Of a stretch of DNA of 64,000 nucleotides, positions 38,321 through 52,950 are shown piece after piece (the stretch's first letter is position 1; each line of letters starts with the position of its first letter). The notes under the pieces were generated by a model, which saw only the letters and a program-made list of their open reading frames with translations, searched no databases and was not told where the DNA came from. The translations under genes were made by a program, and so were the position numbers. Source of the DNA: Sphaerodactylus townsendi (taxonomy: Eukaryota); assembly GCF_021028975.2 (NCBI RefSeq), contig NC_059431.1:101928001-101992000 (forward strand), read 5' to 3'.

Positions 38321-38781
38321 CAGTGCTCAACTGGGACCTTGGAGTGCAGCTGAAGAAGAGTGGTTTTTGTATCCCACTTTGACTCCCAGCATGATGCTGG
38401 CAGGGGATGATGGTAACTGTAGTCCATAACATCTGGAGGGCCGTGAGTTTGACACCTATGCTATAAGGTGTCTCAAAGAGGCTTACAATGACTTTCCCTT
38501 TCCTTCCCCACAACAAACACCTTGTTAGGTAGGTGGGGCTGAGGGAGTTCTGTGACTGGCCCAAGGTCACCCAGCAGGCCTCATGTGAAGGAATGGGGAA
38601 ACAAACCCAGTTCACCAGATTGGAGTCCGTCGCTCTTAACTGCTACACCACACAGGCTGTAGGTAATACTCAGTGGTCCTTCACATGTTATTGTGCTAAG
38701 TGGCATCAAAATCTAGAGGAGGCATCTAAGGACAAGGGCCGGACTGCTGCTGGTATTGTCCATCCCACCCCATTCACTGAC

Positions 38782-38936
38782 CGCTATGACACGAAGGTTG
38801 ACGTCTTCGGGCTGAAGAGGGTACGCGCTGGTGCACTGTAGGAAGCAGAAGTTTGGGTTGATGGGCTTCACCAGCTGGTAGACTTGCTTCATTGTGTTCA
38901 TTGACTGCATCCCACTAGAAATCACCATTGGACGAC
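38782..38936 (-). CDS. NANS: NANS exon 4
   Basis: GRPMVISSGMQS...LQCTSAYP...NLRVIA|gtcagt; 155 nt. Confidence 0.96.
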
Positions 38937-40709
38937 CTGGGAGGCAAAATCAGAGACTCTTTTCGAGTTTTGCTTGGCTCTGCAGTGTTCTCCAATTGCA
39001 TCAGGCCAATGACTGATCAAAACACCAATTCACCTCTACCAACCAGTTCAGACATAGTAAAAAATGCTATAATTCCAGCTGATACCTGAACACCCTGCTC
39101 AACTAGAAGACGGGCTTTTCGTTACTCTGACAAACAACTCACACTGCCCTTTGCAGTCTGAACCCTGCTTACCTGAAAAGTGAATTTCCATGCCCCCCCC
39201 CCCCAAATCTCTCAGATGATCAGCAGTGGCGAAATCCTTTTGCTATAATTAAGTTCTATGAAGGGCCTTAGTAGGACCCTCTCCACGGTGACTCCAAGCC
39301 TTAGGAATTTATTTGACAGGCAGGCCTAGGTTTCTTTTAAAAACTTTTTAAAATGCAGAATTTGTATAGTCAGGAGCTTATTTTCTATTGTGTTATGGTT
39401 TCAAGGACTCGAAGAGTTGCCAGTTTAATTAAGAGCAAATGTTTCAGTTTGCCTGTCAATATTGTAAAACACCCCAAATTCGGCTAAAATTTAGTAGGAT
39501 TAAAATACCCAGGGCGCTTGCAAATGCAAACCCACCCCACCCCTTTCTGCTGTTTCATGGAACCCAAATGCTTCCCAATCCCAGTGAACCTGAACATATT
39601 TCAGAGTCCAAACTGTCTGCAAACATTACTTCAAAGTGGATGGCAGCCAAAGCCAACATGTAGCCTTTACAAGGAGGAGCAAGAGCAGCTTCCTTATCTC
39701 CTTTTTATCCTTCCAAGAACCCTGTTAGGTAGATTAGGCTGCTCAAGTATTGAACTGGAGCAAGGCTACCCAACAAAGTTCCCTTGCCAGAGTGGAATTT
39801 AAAACATATGAAAAAAAATTTGGGGTAGGGGGAAGACCCAACCTGACAAACAAGCTAGGAACCAACAAGGCTAGGAACCAAGAAGAAAAGAAATTATATA
39901 ATCAGCATTTGTTGTACAGTCCACACCAATGTGAACTTTAAAAACACTCTCATTAAAAACTGAATGAAAAAACAGTCATATAGATCACGTAAATGCTCAC
40001 ATGTAGCACATAACACAAGGACCTAACACGTTTTGACCAAAACCGGTCTTCCTCAGATGTCAAACAATTACAAGCAGTACAATTCTAACAAAACTGCCGG
40101 AAAATTCTTACTCCAGCCTGGAAGGCTGCACATGACTCCTGTAAATGGGAAGAATTAAAGTATAAGAAGTTAAGGCTCATGACGCTACACTGGATCTCTC
40201 CACTACCACTCCATGATGTCTACCAGAACACCAGCATCAAACACATTTGACATTTCTCCCTACCCCATTATTGGTAACTTCAGTGTGGGCTGTTGAAAAA
40301 GGAACGCAGAAGGCTGAGACATCACAACATAAGACACGTGATGTGTGATGGAAGAGTAGAGGATGGAGATATTGCAACTCATACAATTCCTTTTTTTAAG
40401 CACACAGCCACAAACGTGCTTTTTACCCAGGCATATAAGTGAGAACTTCCATCACTTAAAGCTGCTTCTAGCTTGAAGACTGTCTTACAGATAACTTTGA
40501 AAGCAGAATGCATTGCTTTCATGCCCTGGGTTTTTTTAAAAAAAAAAACAGTTTGCTCAAAATACTTAATAACTCTTATGATGTTTTAATCATGTTGTAT
40601 AGTTTTTATTCACAGGAAGAAAGCTGATTAATTTGAAATGTAGTATTGGCCACTTTTGCCAACCCACAGACACACATACACCCCAAAAAACCCCAAGAGG
40701 GTCCGAGAT

Positions 40710-41040
40710 CAAATTGAGGCCAGCCTCTCCCTAGAAACTAAAATGACCAAACGGAGGCGATTGGTCACAATATGAGAAGACAAGAATCACTGGAAAAGAC
40801 TAAGAAAAGCTAAAGACGGCAAGAAAAGAGGAAGATCCAGCATGAGATGAATTGACTCTATTAAGGAAGCCACTGGCCTGATTTGCAAAACCTGAGCGAG
40901 ACTGTTAGCGATTGGCCGTTTTAGATTTTATTTTATTTATTTGTTCCACTTATATACCGCCCTCCCCCGAGGGGCTCAGGGCGGTTTGTCTGTAATTCTT
41001 AGGGTTGCTATAAGTCGGAAGCAACTTGACAGCACTTAGC
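40710..41040 (+). mobile_element. RTE-clade LINE 3' fragment
   Basis: GHNMRRQESLEK and GKKRGRSSMR remnants; GTCGGAAGCAACTTGACAGCAC 3' end. Confidence 0.6.
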
Positions 41041-41236
41041 GTACACATGGTTTTTATTTTGTTATCTGCCTCACCAAGTTCTCTAGAGAGACAGTGAATA
41101 CGTTTCCTAACTAAACACGTGATTCCTCGGGGGGGGGGGGGGTTACCATGCCAATCAAACCACTTCTCCCTAGATCAACCAGAGATGCAAACATCTCACT
41201 GCCCTTCTTCATGGCGCCTCAGACAAACATCCTTAC

Positions 41237-41336
41237 CTTTTTTTGCTGTCTTTTCCAAGTAGGGGAAATTGTTTGTGTCTCCTGATCCTACTTTAAAAAA
41301 TGGAACATCCAGCTCATGCAGAAATTCCACAGCCAT
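41237..41336 (-). CDS. NANS: NANS exon 3
   Basis: MAVEFLHELDVPFFKVGSGDTNNFPYLEKTAKK|gtaagg; 100 nt. Confidence 0.96.
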
Positions 41337-42735
41337 CTATGGAGAGACATGATTTTTAAAACCTTCACAATGACACCCATGTCCCATGCATCTAAAAAGA
41401 TCTCCAACTGGACTAATGGTTTTCCTTCCACGCATTACAATGACCCATACCCTAAAGCAGGGCTCTTTTGCCCCTCTACAGTGGCTCACCATGACCCATT
41501 CCACTGCCCCTCAGCTGACTGGCCCACCCGCCCTTGCAACTTCAGAACTCGGGAGGGAGTCAGCCCTGTTGCAGCTGATGACGCTGGGCCAAGGAGGCAG
41601 TATGTGCCAGAATATTTGGCATCTTCCTGTACGTTCTTTCAGGAGTAAGATAGCTGCAACATTTGGTTTGTTTCTGTTAATGCAGGGCAAGTGAGTTGTT
41701 AATGGGTTGATTGGGGGTCACCTTCATTGTCTGGATATGATGGTGTACCTTTGTATGCTCCTCCATACCTCTACCTCATTCTCTCCTTTCTCCTTATGCT
41801 GCATTATTGATGCCGTTTTTCTTGTTTGATTATTGTGTAAGCTTCTTTGCTCGCTTGTGCATTTTGCACACGACTATTTTTTTGTCATGTCCTCTTTCGT
41901 CAAATATATTTTGTAGTCTAACTTTTTATGTACTCAGAATCTTATTGAGGGATAATTCCTTTTTATATAACTCTGTTGCGTTTTACTCTGTTAAAGAACT
42001 GGGGCGTTTCAGTTCTTCTGTCAGTATAAACCAGGAAGCATTCCCTGGCCCAATGGACAGGCAACCGCCCACGCAGCTGGCCGGGCCCAACAGTAGGGAG
42101 GAGACAGTGGCTCAGTAGGAGAGCATCTGTTCGGCATTCAGAAGGCCCCCTCAGGCACCTTCAGCTAAAAAAGATCAGGACGGAGTTTATGTGAAAGACC
42201 TCCACCTGAAATCCTGGATAGCCAATACGGACCCTGATGGACCAAAGGTCTAATTTGTTATAGGGAAGCTTCATACATACATGTGTCCAAAGAAAATGGT
42301 TTGCACCGATGCACATTTGGAGCTACAGAACATAAATCCCAGACCTAAATTATGGTATTCACACAAGAGCAAGACCAGATAAGCACACATCCATGCTCTA
42401 ATGAACCTGCAGGGGATGCAGGTGTCAATGGTGAGAAGGAGGAGATTCCAAAAGTCACCCTCTTGCACTCAGGAGCTCAGAAACTCCCATGTCTGGCTCT
42501 CACTGGACAATTCAGTCCCACTCCAAGGCAGTTTCAGCAAGTCAGAACTTACGGGAAACAACGATGGTGACCCCACTAGTAAGGAAGCAGGTGCTCTCTC
42601 TGGGGCTCCAGTGGCCAGACTAGGGCTGTACGCTCTCAAATATACTCAGAAATGCCATCTCCTCAACAGAGAATCACCTCACCTCACAAGCAGCGCCCTC
42701 TTTTCAAACACCATCCCAACCTGCTTCGCACTCAC

Positions 42736-42951
42736 CTCGTCCATGCCCGAGGCTGTGAAAAAAATGCCAATCTCCTTGGCGTAGCGCTGCAGCTCCCTGT
42801 ACTGGTCGTGGCTGAACTCCAGGTGGCGCTTATGCTCTCCGTACGTTTGCCCCCATGAGTGCTTGGACGTGTAGGGCCTCGCCAAGGCTCTCTTGTTGAA
42901 CTTGTGCTCCAGTTCGCTCTTCTGGAACTTGGCACAATCTGCGCCAGACTC
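42736..42951 (-). CDS. NANS: NANS exon 2
   Basis: ESGADCAKFQKSELEHKF...FFTASGMDE|gtgagt; 216 nt. Confidence 0.96.
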
Positions 42952-43640
42952 CTGTCAAGACACAACCGTTGCCCGTGGCTAAGGCCAGAGAACAGACCAC
43001 CGCAAACCTTGTGCCTGTACGAGCACCCAGCTTGACAGGTGCTCAGTATTGTATTTAATTGATTTTAATTGTTTTTATGGGAGTGTTGTATTTTAAAAGT
43101 TTAACTGATTGTTCAGTTTTTATGCTGTAACCCACCCTGAGCCCTGCAGGAAAGCGCAGGATATAAATTAAATTTAAAAATACACAAAATAGGCAGCTGG
43201 CCTGGTCCATTGCTGAAACCAAAATGCATAGAACATGTTTCATTCAATTTAACCAAAATAACACAAGTGTGCAAGCTGCTGAGTTCTCCAGAAGTCTTCA
43301 TCAGGTCTCTACACCATGCCCTAGATTAGAAGAACATCCCTTTTAACATCCTCCTACTGAAGAGTTCTGGAAACCTTGAAAACCTGCATGCTATATTGTT
43401 ACTTAGATTGAATAAAAGGTATTGTAAAGATGTTAGTTCAGCCAGTTGAGGCGCAGCGGTTGAGCAAATTGTATGCTTCTGCATTAGAATATAATCCTGA
43501 ACAAATATGAGAACTATCATTCATTCTTATGCACTGCCTTAGTCAGAGGCATTATTTTGTGCGTTATTGAACATTTAATACAAGAACATTAATGCCACAG
43601 TGTATTTTTACTTTCAAATGGATGGGAGGAGCAGGGCTAG

Positions 43641-43720
43641 GTAGGCACTACGATCCAGGTGGAGCATTCTACAAAGAATGTAGGCACTACGATCCAGGTG
43701 GAGCATTCTACAAAGAATGT
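43641..43720. repeat. Perfect 39-bp tandem duplication in NANS intron 1
   Basis: GTAGGCACTACGATCCAGGTGGAGCATTCTACAAAGAAT x2. Confidence 0.95.
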
Positions 43721-44670
43721 CTGGCATACTTTGTTCTGAGGCGGAGGATTACACAAGCTACTAACATCTTTGTGTGAAACACAATATAGCTTTTGACACT
43801 CCCACTGAATGTACCACACCAAGGCGAGCAACAAAGTCCTGTAACACCTTAAAGATGTTGTGGGCCAAGCTTTTGCCGGCCAGAGCCCAAGTCATTAGAG
43901 CGAGGCATCATCCAGAATATCCAGGCACAGAAACAAGAGGCAGTGTCCGATACTGATGCTCCTTCCAGAGTATCTCATGCAACCCAACTGATAAATTGGT
44001 TTCAGCAGTGGATCCAAACTCTTTCACTCATATACCCCCTGGCTACCCATTTCCCTAAAACTGTACTCCCCATATGAGCAAACCCATAATGTAATTTTTT
44101 CCAAGTATCCACAAAAGCTTAGGAGCATACCCCTGGGGGTAGGTTAGGAACCACTGACTTAAAGCAATCAATGATACCAGACATTGAACTTGGAGCCCAG
44201 ACTCCCTTATTTATTACAATTATCCAAGGCAAAGCACTTGGAGTGTCAGGTTAAAATCTGCAAGATGCAGGTTCAAGTCCGGTTGAAACTCACCAGGGTC
44301 CAATCGCAGTCTAGTTTCCCTAACAACTCATCGAAAGGATCAAACGAGGAGGGGAAATCGACTTCGGCAAAGAAGTGGGCCAAAAATATAGCTTAAAAAT
44401 GTAAGTAAAACCACAAGTGTTGGTGGGAATAAAAACACACTGGGCCAGCCACGAGGGGCTGCACATTTTAATTATGGGGAAGGAATGTGGAGGCCGAAGG
44501 GACTGGGCTTCCCAACGCGCCCCCAAAGCCCCATGAATGAGCTTGGGGCACAGTTGGATGCCGAGGGATCGAGCCCCACCCCGAACTCGAACCCACAGCT
44601 CGCCGAGATCCATCCCAGAACAAAAGAAAATTCAAGGCCGACCTCCCCCACCGGCCTCCGCCACACCCAC

Positions 44671-44802
44671 CTTGGCCACGCGGATCATCCGCTTGGCGAT
44701 CTCCAGGTCTCCCTGGTGGTTCTGCCCAATCTCGGCGATAATAAAGCAGGGCTGGTCTCCGCCGATCACCCGGCCCGGACATAATTCAAACTCTAACGGC
44801 AT
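44671..44802 (-). CDS. NANS: NANS (N-acetylneuraminate-9-phosphate synthase) exon 1; total CDS 1080 nt, 359 aa
   Basis: MPLEFELCPGRVIGGDQPCFIIAEIGQNHQGD...AK|gtgggt; 132 nt; all six exons join in frame. Confidence 0.97.
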
Positions 44803-45250
44803 CGCGGGCGACAGTTAACTGATCGACAGAGGTGGGGGAGTGAGCAGGAAGAAGCCGGGAATGACCGGAAACGGCGACCAAACTCCCCAACGGACACCCA
44901 AGTCGAACGCTTTCCTCTTCGCGCATGCGCAAGAGCCCAGCCCCGACGCTTTCTTGTGGCACTTCGGTCATTCTCCCGGCCCCCCTACCCACTGTTGGAG
45001 CCGGCGGCGCGGTTTGGCCAATCAAAGGGAGGCCGGTGAAAAGAGGTGGCCAATCAGCGCCCGACCTGTCGCAATGTTCCAAGCCGGTAGATGGCGCACG
45101 TGTTCTAAGCGCAGCTCCGGGGCACCAGGAAAGAGAAGGAGGAAATCCGCCCTCCGGGTCGGGTAGTGCAGCTTTGCTAGGGCTGGGCTCGGCTGGCGGG
45201 CGCCCAGACTGGTTTTACTTCTTGAGGCGTCATTTGCCGAACGTGGCATG
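44803..45250 (-). promoter_or_regulatory. NANS 5' UTR and CpG-rich promoter
   Basis: NRF1 palindrome CGCGCATGCGCA at 44920-44931; CCAAT boxes at 45018 and 45050, 32 bp apart; CACGTG at 45097-45102. Confidence 0.75.
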
Positions 45251-45406
45251 GAATTTGTGTGCGCCTGTTGTGAGAGAAAGAAGTGGAAAGTCAACAAAAG
45301 CTTTTACTTCCTGGTGTTTCATTCAATCATTTTTCCTCAGCGGGGAGCCAAAACGGCATACATCATTCCCCTTTTTCTCTATTTGTCCTTACGATGACCC
45401 TTTGAG

Positions 45407-45506
45407 CAGTGGTGGGATTCAAATAATTTAACAACTGGTTGTTTACAAGCACCATTTTAATAACCACTCTGCGGAAGTGGTGCGAACCTGCTGAACCCCA
45501 CCACTG
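45407..45506. mobile_element. Short hAT MITE nested in an old SINE
   Basis: TIR CAGTGGTGGGATTCA/TGAACCCCACCACTG; degenerate TSD; related end at about 47160-47226. Confidence 0.65.
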
Positions 45507-45615
45507 CCTGTGAAGTAGGTTATACTGAGAGAGTATGACTTGCCCTAGGTAACCCAGAGAGGTTGCATGGCATGAGCAGAGATTGGAACTCACATGTTAG
45601 TCCGATACTCTTAAC

Positions 45616-46255
45616 CAGGGGTCCCCAAACTTTTTAAACAGGGGGCCAGTTCACTGTCCCTCAGACTGTTGGAGGTCCGGACTAAAAAAAACTATGAACA
45701 AATTCCTATGCACAAATGATTGTAAAATGTTTGATTTCACCTTTCAGCCTTTCTGTCATGGTCTATTTTTAGAACAGTGACCAAAGTATGTCAAGTACAG
45801 GGTGGGCTCCAAATATTGTTGGGGAGGCTGTGGAATACCTTCCCCTGTAAAAAAAAAAAGCAGAACTTTCCCAATGAAACATTCCATCTAACTCAGGATC
45901 AGGTATCTTCCTGGGTTCTTTCCTCCCTAGCAGCCAGCCAGTGATTCGCCAACCTGGCTGATGCCAATGGGAGTGAGGCGGAACAGAAAGCCTGAGAGCA
46001 ACACATGGAGTAGCTGAGAGGGAAGGGCAGAGCAGGCGTTGCCACATGTAAGGTTTCCAACTCTGGGTCAGAAAATTCATGGAGATTAGGGGGTGCCATC
46101 ATGTAACTGCAATCAACAGCCGTTGGGGCCGGTTCCTCCTCTCCCTCGAGCCCCCACTGCACATGAATGGAGCCATTGCCGCCATGCCTGGCGGGCCGGA
46201 TAAATGCCTTCAGGGGGCCACATGTGGCCCCCGGGCCGTAGTTTGGGGACCCCTG
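45616..46255 (+). mobile_element. OC1/OposCharlie-like non-autonomous hAT
   Basis: Ends CAGGGGTCCCCAAACTTTTTAAACAGGGGGCCAGTTCACTGTCCCTCAGAC and GGGCCGTAGTTTGGGGACCCCTG; perfect TSD CTCTTAAC; family name from memory. Confidence 0.8.
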
Positions 46256-48484
46256 CTCTTAACAACTACATCACACAGAAGAAATGTGCTTGCTCTGAGA
46301 TAAAGGGAGCATTGCAGATCCTGTAGATAGAGAAACCTGTGACACATTAACAAAATGGTGTTCCAGCAAAGCTTTTGTGGTCTAGGTTTTACTTCCTCAA
46401 AGGTAATGGCTAATATCCAACAAAGAAGAAGACAGTAGTCCACCAAAGTTTATGCTACGTTGGCCATTATGGTCACCAGAAAAATTCCAGAGGGGCTTAT
46501 GGCCTCGGAGAGGACCTCATCTCCTGAGCCTGCACACCTGAGACTGCCCAGCTGTAGGTGGGAAGCCCAACCAAGCACAAGCAATGGCTGGGCAGAGGGC
46601 AGCCACTGCTTCTACTCAGCCCATTTTGTGAAAATGGGGTTGCCCACTCTGGATTGGGAAATACCTGGAGATTTTGGGGGGGTGGAGCCTGAGGAGGATG
46701 GGGGCGTGGGGAGGGACTTCAGCGGGATATAATGTCATGCAGTCTACATCTTTCTAGATGAACTGATCTCTGTCGCCTGGAAGTCAGTTGTAATAGTGAG
46801 TCACCGCCTGGAGGTTTGGCCCCTATGTGAAAACCACAGGCTGTGTGGTGGCTGCAGCCAAGCAGGGTACATAGTGCCAACCAGTAGGTCCAGCCAAGGT
46901 AGTTGTCTGGTTGCTATAATACAAGTGTGACTTAGAGCTGCCAACTTCCAGGCGGGGTCTGGAGATCTCCTGGAATTACAACTGTTGTCTTGACTTCAAT
47001 TCTCCAGGAAAAAATGGCTGCTTTGGAGGGTAGACCCTGGCATTATACCTCCCCAAATCTCCAGGAATTTCTCAGTCCAAAACCCCCTGGTAGGTTCATA
47101 TGTGAATGGTCAGTGGGACAAGGGAAGGAAATGGCTGGTGTGTGGGCAGGGTCGTAGGTTGGTTGTTAAATTATTTGAATTCCACCGTTGGAACCAGTTG
47201 TTAAATTATTTGAATCCCACCACTGGTTTGGATGTATTTATAACGGAGGTATCAATAAAAAAAATTCACATCTGAACACAGGAAAATCTTGAACCAATCA
47301 AAAACAGTGCTAGAAATAAATTCTGCTAACAAGAAACTTAAGAAAAATAATGCCTTGGGCTATAAAAAAATTATAAGGTTATTAAAACCAGTGATATGGA
47401 TTGCCCTCAGCCATAGCACAGTGCAATTAAAAGAATGTTCATGCTACCAAATTAAAATCTTCAGCTGGTGCTCCGAAGAACTGCTTGATGGAAAACCATG
47501 AGGTTAACTCTCCAGCTGCTATTGTATCTCATACTTCTCTGCCAGTAGGCTGTGATCTGTCAGATATGGATTGCAGAAAGTAATAAACCTGGGACTTAAA
47601 TTCACCTCCAAAGCAGCTAATGTTGGACAAGAAACTTGTGTGCAAAAATGGGACAGGTCTGTTTGTGTAAAAACTTTGTCAAAAAGGAAATTGGGGTAGG
47701 GGTAGCCTGACATGCAGGGAAGAGCAAAGCTCACACCAAACACCCTGTGAGGTGGGTGGGGCTGAGAGAGCTCCGAAAAGCTGTGACTAGCCCAAGGTCA
47801 CCCAGCTGGCGTGTGTGGGAGTGCACAGGCTAATCTGAATTCCCCAGATAAGCCTCCAGAACTCAAATGGCAGAGCTGGGAATCAAACCCGGTTCCTCCA
47901 GATCAGCTTTCTCCTCTGTAGGACTGGGTTTGTCTCCACATACCTTTCCCTCTGACATAAGATCTGACATAAGATCTGGTTGCCCTTAGGTCCCCCCTCA
48001 CAGCAGATGTATAATGGGTTGCAGTTGGGATCAAGTAACCCGTTTTCCTGTTTTTGCATTCACATGCACCTGCACAGGCAGCAATTGGAGTCCATGGAAA
48101 CAATATGGGTTGCTGTTTTCACATGGAGACACGGTTATTTTTTAAAATTTACTTCCCACTGGTTGCTAGCTACGCAGGCATGCACAAATGGTCCCCGGCA
48201 GCCACAATATGACCATCTGCACCTGCATAGCTACGCAGATGTAAGCCATGAAATTTAAAAAAAGGAAAATAAATGTCTCCTGCCCAGCTGTTTGCTCACG
48301 AGCGGCTGCAACCTGGGGATTTTTGAAAAGATTTGCTAATAGCTCAATTCTCCTGAAAACAGTTTTGGGAAAATAATACAGGGCAGACTCATTTTAGGGG
48401 TGGGATCTGTCTGAAGTCCCGCCCCCATGGTTTTTTTTACCATCCTACTCCCATGTTTATTGGCCCGTGTGGAACTGTCTTTGC

Positions 48485-48633
48485 GCCCTTTCCACACATG
48501 CAGATTAATGCACTTTCAATCCACTTTCACAATTGTTTGAAAGTGGATTTTGCTATTCCGCACAGTAAAATCCAGCTGCAAAGTGCATTGAAAGTGAATT
48601 GAAAGTGCATTATTATACATGTGTGGAAGGGGC
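48485..48633. mobile_element. Palindromic MITE, same family as 16298-16448
   Basis: GCCCTTTCCACACATG...CATGTGTGGAAGGGGC termini; shared internal CACTTTCAATCCACTTTC. Confidence 0.7.
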
Positions 48634-50202
48634 ATATAGGAGCAAACATAGCATTACCCCTGGTCTGTTGACCATCCTCTTTACAGGACATCCTGTGATA
48701 TTACCCATATTCTGTTTTGTGCATAGACATGTTGCCCTGGATAGACTTTGAGCTTGGAAGGCAAATGTTAAATCCAGTTAGTAATTGCCCTATCATTAAG
48801 CGGGACATTACTGTGACAAGAAAATGAGAACATCTGGGGCATGAATCAGCCACAAAATCCATCTCTCCGCCTCCCACAGGATTCTGGTTTTGCCTGCACT
48901 GCGTTTCTGGAAGTTGAAACTCTATACAGTTTTCTTCTTACACAGAGAAAGGTGAAGGGAAACAAGGTGGTTCCGAAAAGGAGAGAAATACTGTGCCTGT
49001 ATATGCTTATTTGGGAGTCGCTTAACCTCAGACTTCAGCAGGGGACTTGACTAGAGGGTTCAAGAGATAGATGGGATCAAGGCACTGGGCATCCTTTCTC
49101 TACTGCTCTGACATGATCCCTTTGATGTGTAGATTGCTCCTCTCAAGGAAATCTCCCCCTCCACTCATGCACACACTCTTCTCCACCTTGCAGCTATGAG
49201 GGCAGGACAGAGGTTCTGTGTCTCTCGCCATCCTAGTTAGACTAGATTAAGAAACTGTGTCCACTCTAACCTATCCAGAAATGAAGTCCCTACAATAAAT
49301 GTAGTATATTTTAATAGACAAAGGCCCTTTCCCCACTTCAAAAGTGAAAGTGGAGGGGACCCCTGCTCCGTGTTCGGCGCACGGTTTCAAAAAGGTGTAC
49401 TTCCGACCAGGATCCGAAATGACGCGCGCTGAGGGGTGGGAGGAGCGGCAGAATCAGGGTGACTGCGTTGTTGCTGCGTTGTCACTGCTGGTGTAGTGGG
49501 GAGTGCTGCAGGACCCCGGGGTATTTGCCGTGAGGAGCGCACATCTAATGGTGGGTGGGGAATCGACCAAAGGCAACTGAGTTATTCTTGTTTCTTGCAC
49601 TTACAGAGATTAGATGAGGCTCTGCTGCGTACACTAAAGCTTTTATATACTCCGGTAAAATTATTGGATCTAGAATCTAACTGGTTCTTGAGGGAGCAAG
49701 ATTTTTTAATCCAACATGGGATGCACTTCCAAGTAAACAGATCAGATTGGGCTGCAGGTGATCTTGTATATTTAAAATGTCTGATCATCACGCTCAAGAA
49801 GTTGGAGTTCTTTTCCTTCAAAAAATGGGTAAAGTATTGGGAGCTTTGGAGTTCAATAAAGCATGATTAGTAACAGGAAATCTCCACCCTGAGAGGAGGG
49901 CTTGGGCAATCACAAAATGGTGGCCATGTGGATTGGGCCAATCATAGAACATTAGGAAGTTTCAACTGAAGCATCCTTCTGTGGTGGAGGTTTCCAATGA
50001 ATGCCAATGGATTGCAGACAAAGGCAATGCCTCTGTAGTTCCATCAGTACCATGAATCTATCAATACTTAGCTCCAAACAATGCTTCTTTCTTTTTTGTA
50101 CCATGTCAACCTATGGTTTGACTCCCACAACTGGAGGAATAATTGGAAAGTACTCTTAACACATGTCATTGGGCATTGTGACCTGGCAGCTGCGTTTGAT
50201 GA

Positions 50203-52080
<1,878 letters not shown>

Positions 52081-52126
52081 AGAGGAAAAAAAAAACCCAA
52101 CCCCCCCCCAAAACAGAATTTCTAGC

Positions 52127-52132
52127 AATAAA
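52127..52132 (+). terminator. Probable CCIN polyadenylation signal
   Basis: AATAAA about 46 nt after the stop codon. Confidence 0.6.
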
Positions 52133-52668
52133 GAATGACTGGATTGTAGATCAAAGGTAAACACAAGATTCCTTCTCTTGTTCTCTTTATCCATGTAGAC
52201 GTATTCAGGTAGTATACTTAGGATGGGACATCTGCTCTGTAAGAACCATTTGGACAAGGATACAAAGATGTCATCATGTAACGTACATGTAATTAACATG
52301 CTAAGTTACACACTTTTTTCAAAACGGTAGACAAAGAGTTAAATACCAGTTTATTCAGAGGCTTAGCAAGGGCAGCAGGTCAGGCAGAATGATGTTATTG
52401 CAATTTTTTGATCCCTAGGCCTGCACCCTGGCATTTAAAAAGTACATTCATAGCCACTGAATGCTACTATGGTATCAGGAGTGGCACTGTACCCTCAAAA
52501 TAAGCCTTGGATCCCCCTAAATCAAACAACCTTGGAGACAGGAGGCTCTGCCCTATGAGGAGAATAGGGCTGTTGTGAGAAGAACACAGAGATGGAAAGC
52601 ACACTGTTGACAATGGCTTCAGGTCCCCAATGGGAGAAAAGTGGGATATAAATATCTAATACAGAAAT

Positions 52669-52950
52669 ACAGTGTGGTGTAGCGCTTAAGAGCCGGAGGA
52701 CTCTAATGGGGAGAACTTAGGTGTGATTCCCCTCTCCTCCACGTGAGCAGCAGACTCTTATCTGGTGAACTGGATTTGTTTCCCCACATCTCTACATGAA
52801 GCCTGTTGGGCCAGTTACAGCTCTCTCACCCCGCACCAACCTCACAAGGTGGTGCCAGTTGTGGAGAGAGGAAGAGAAAGGAGTTTGTCAGCTGCTCTGA
52901 GATCCCTTAAAGAGCGAGAAAAGTAATGTATAAAAACCAATCCTTCTTAT
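52669..52950 (+). mobile_element. Squam3-like SINE
   Basis: A/B boxes and core. Confidence 0.7.
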
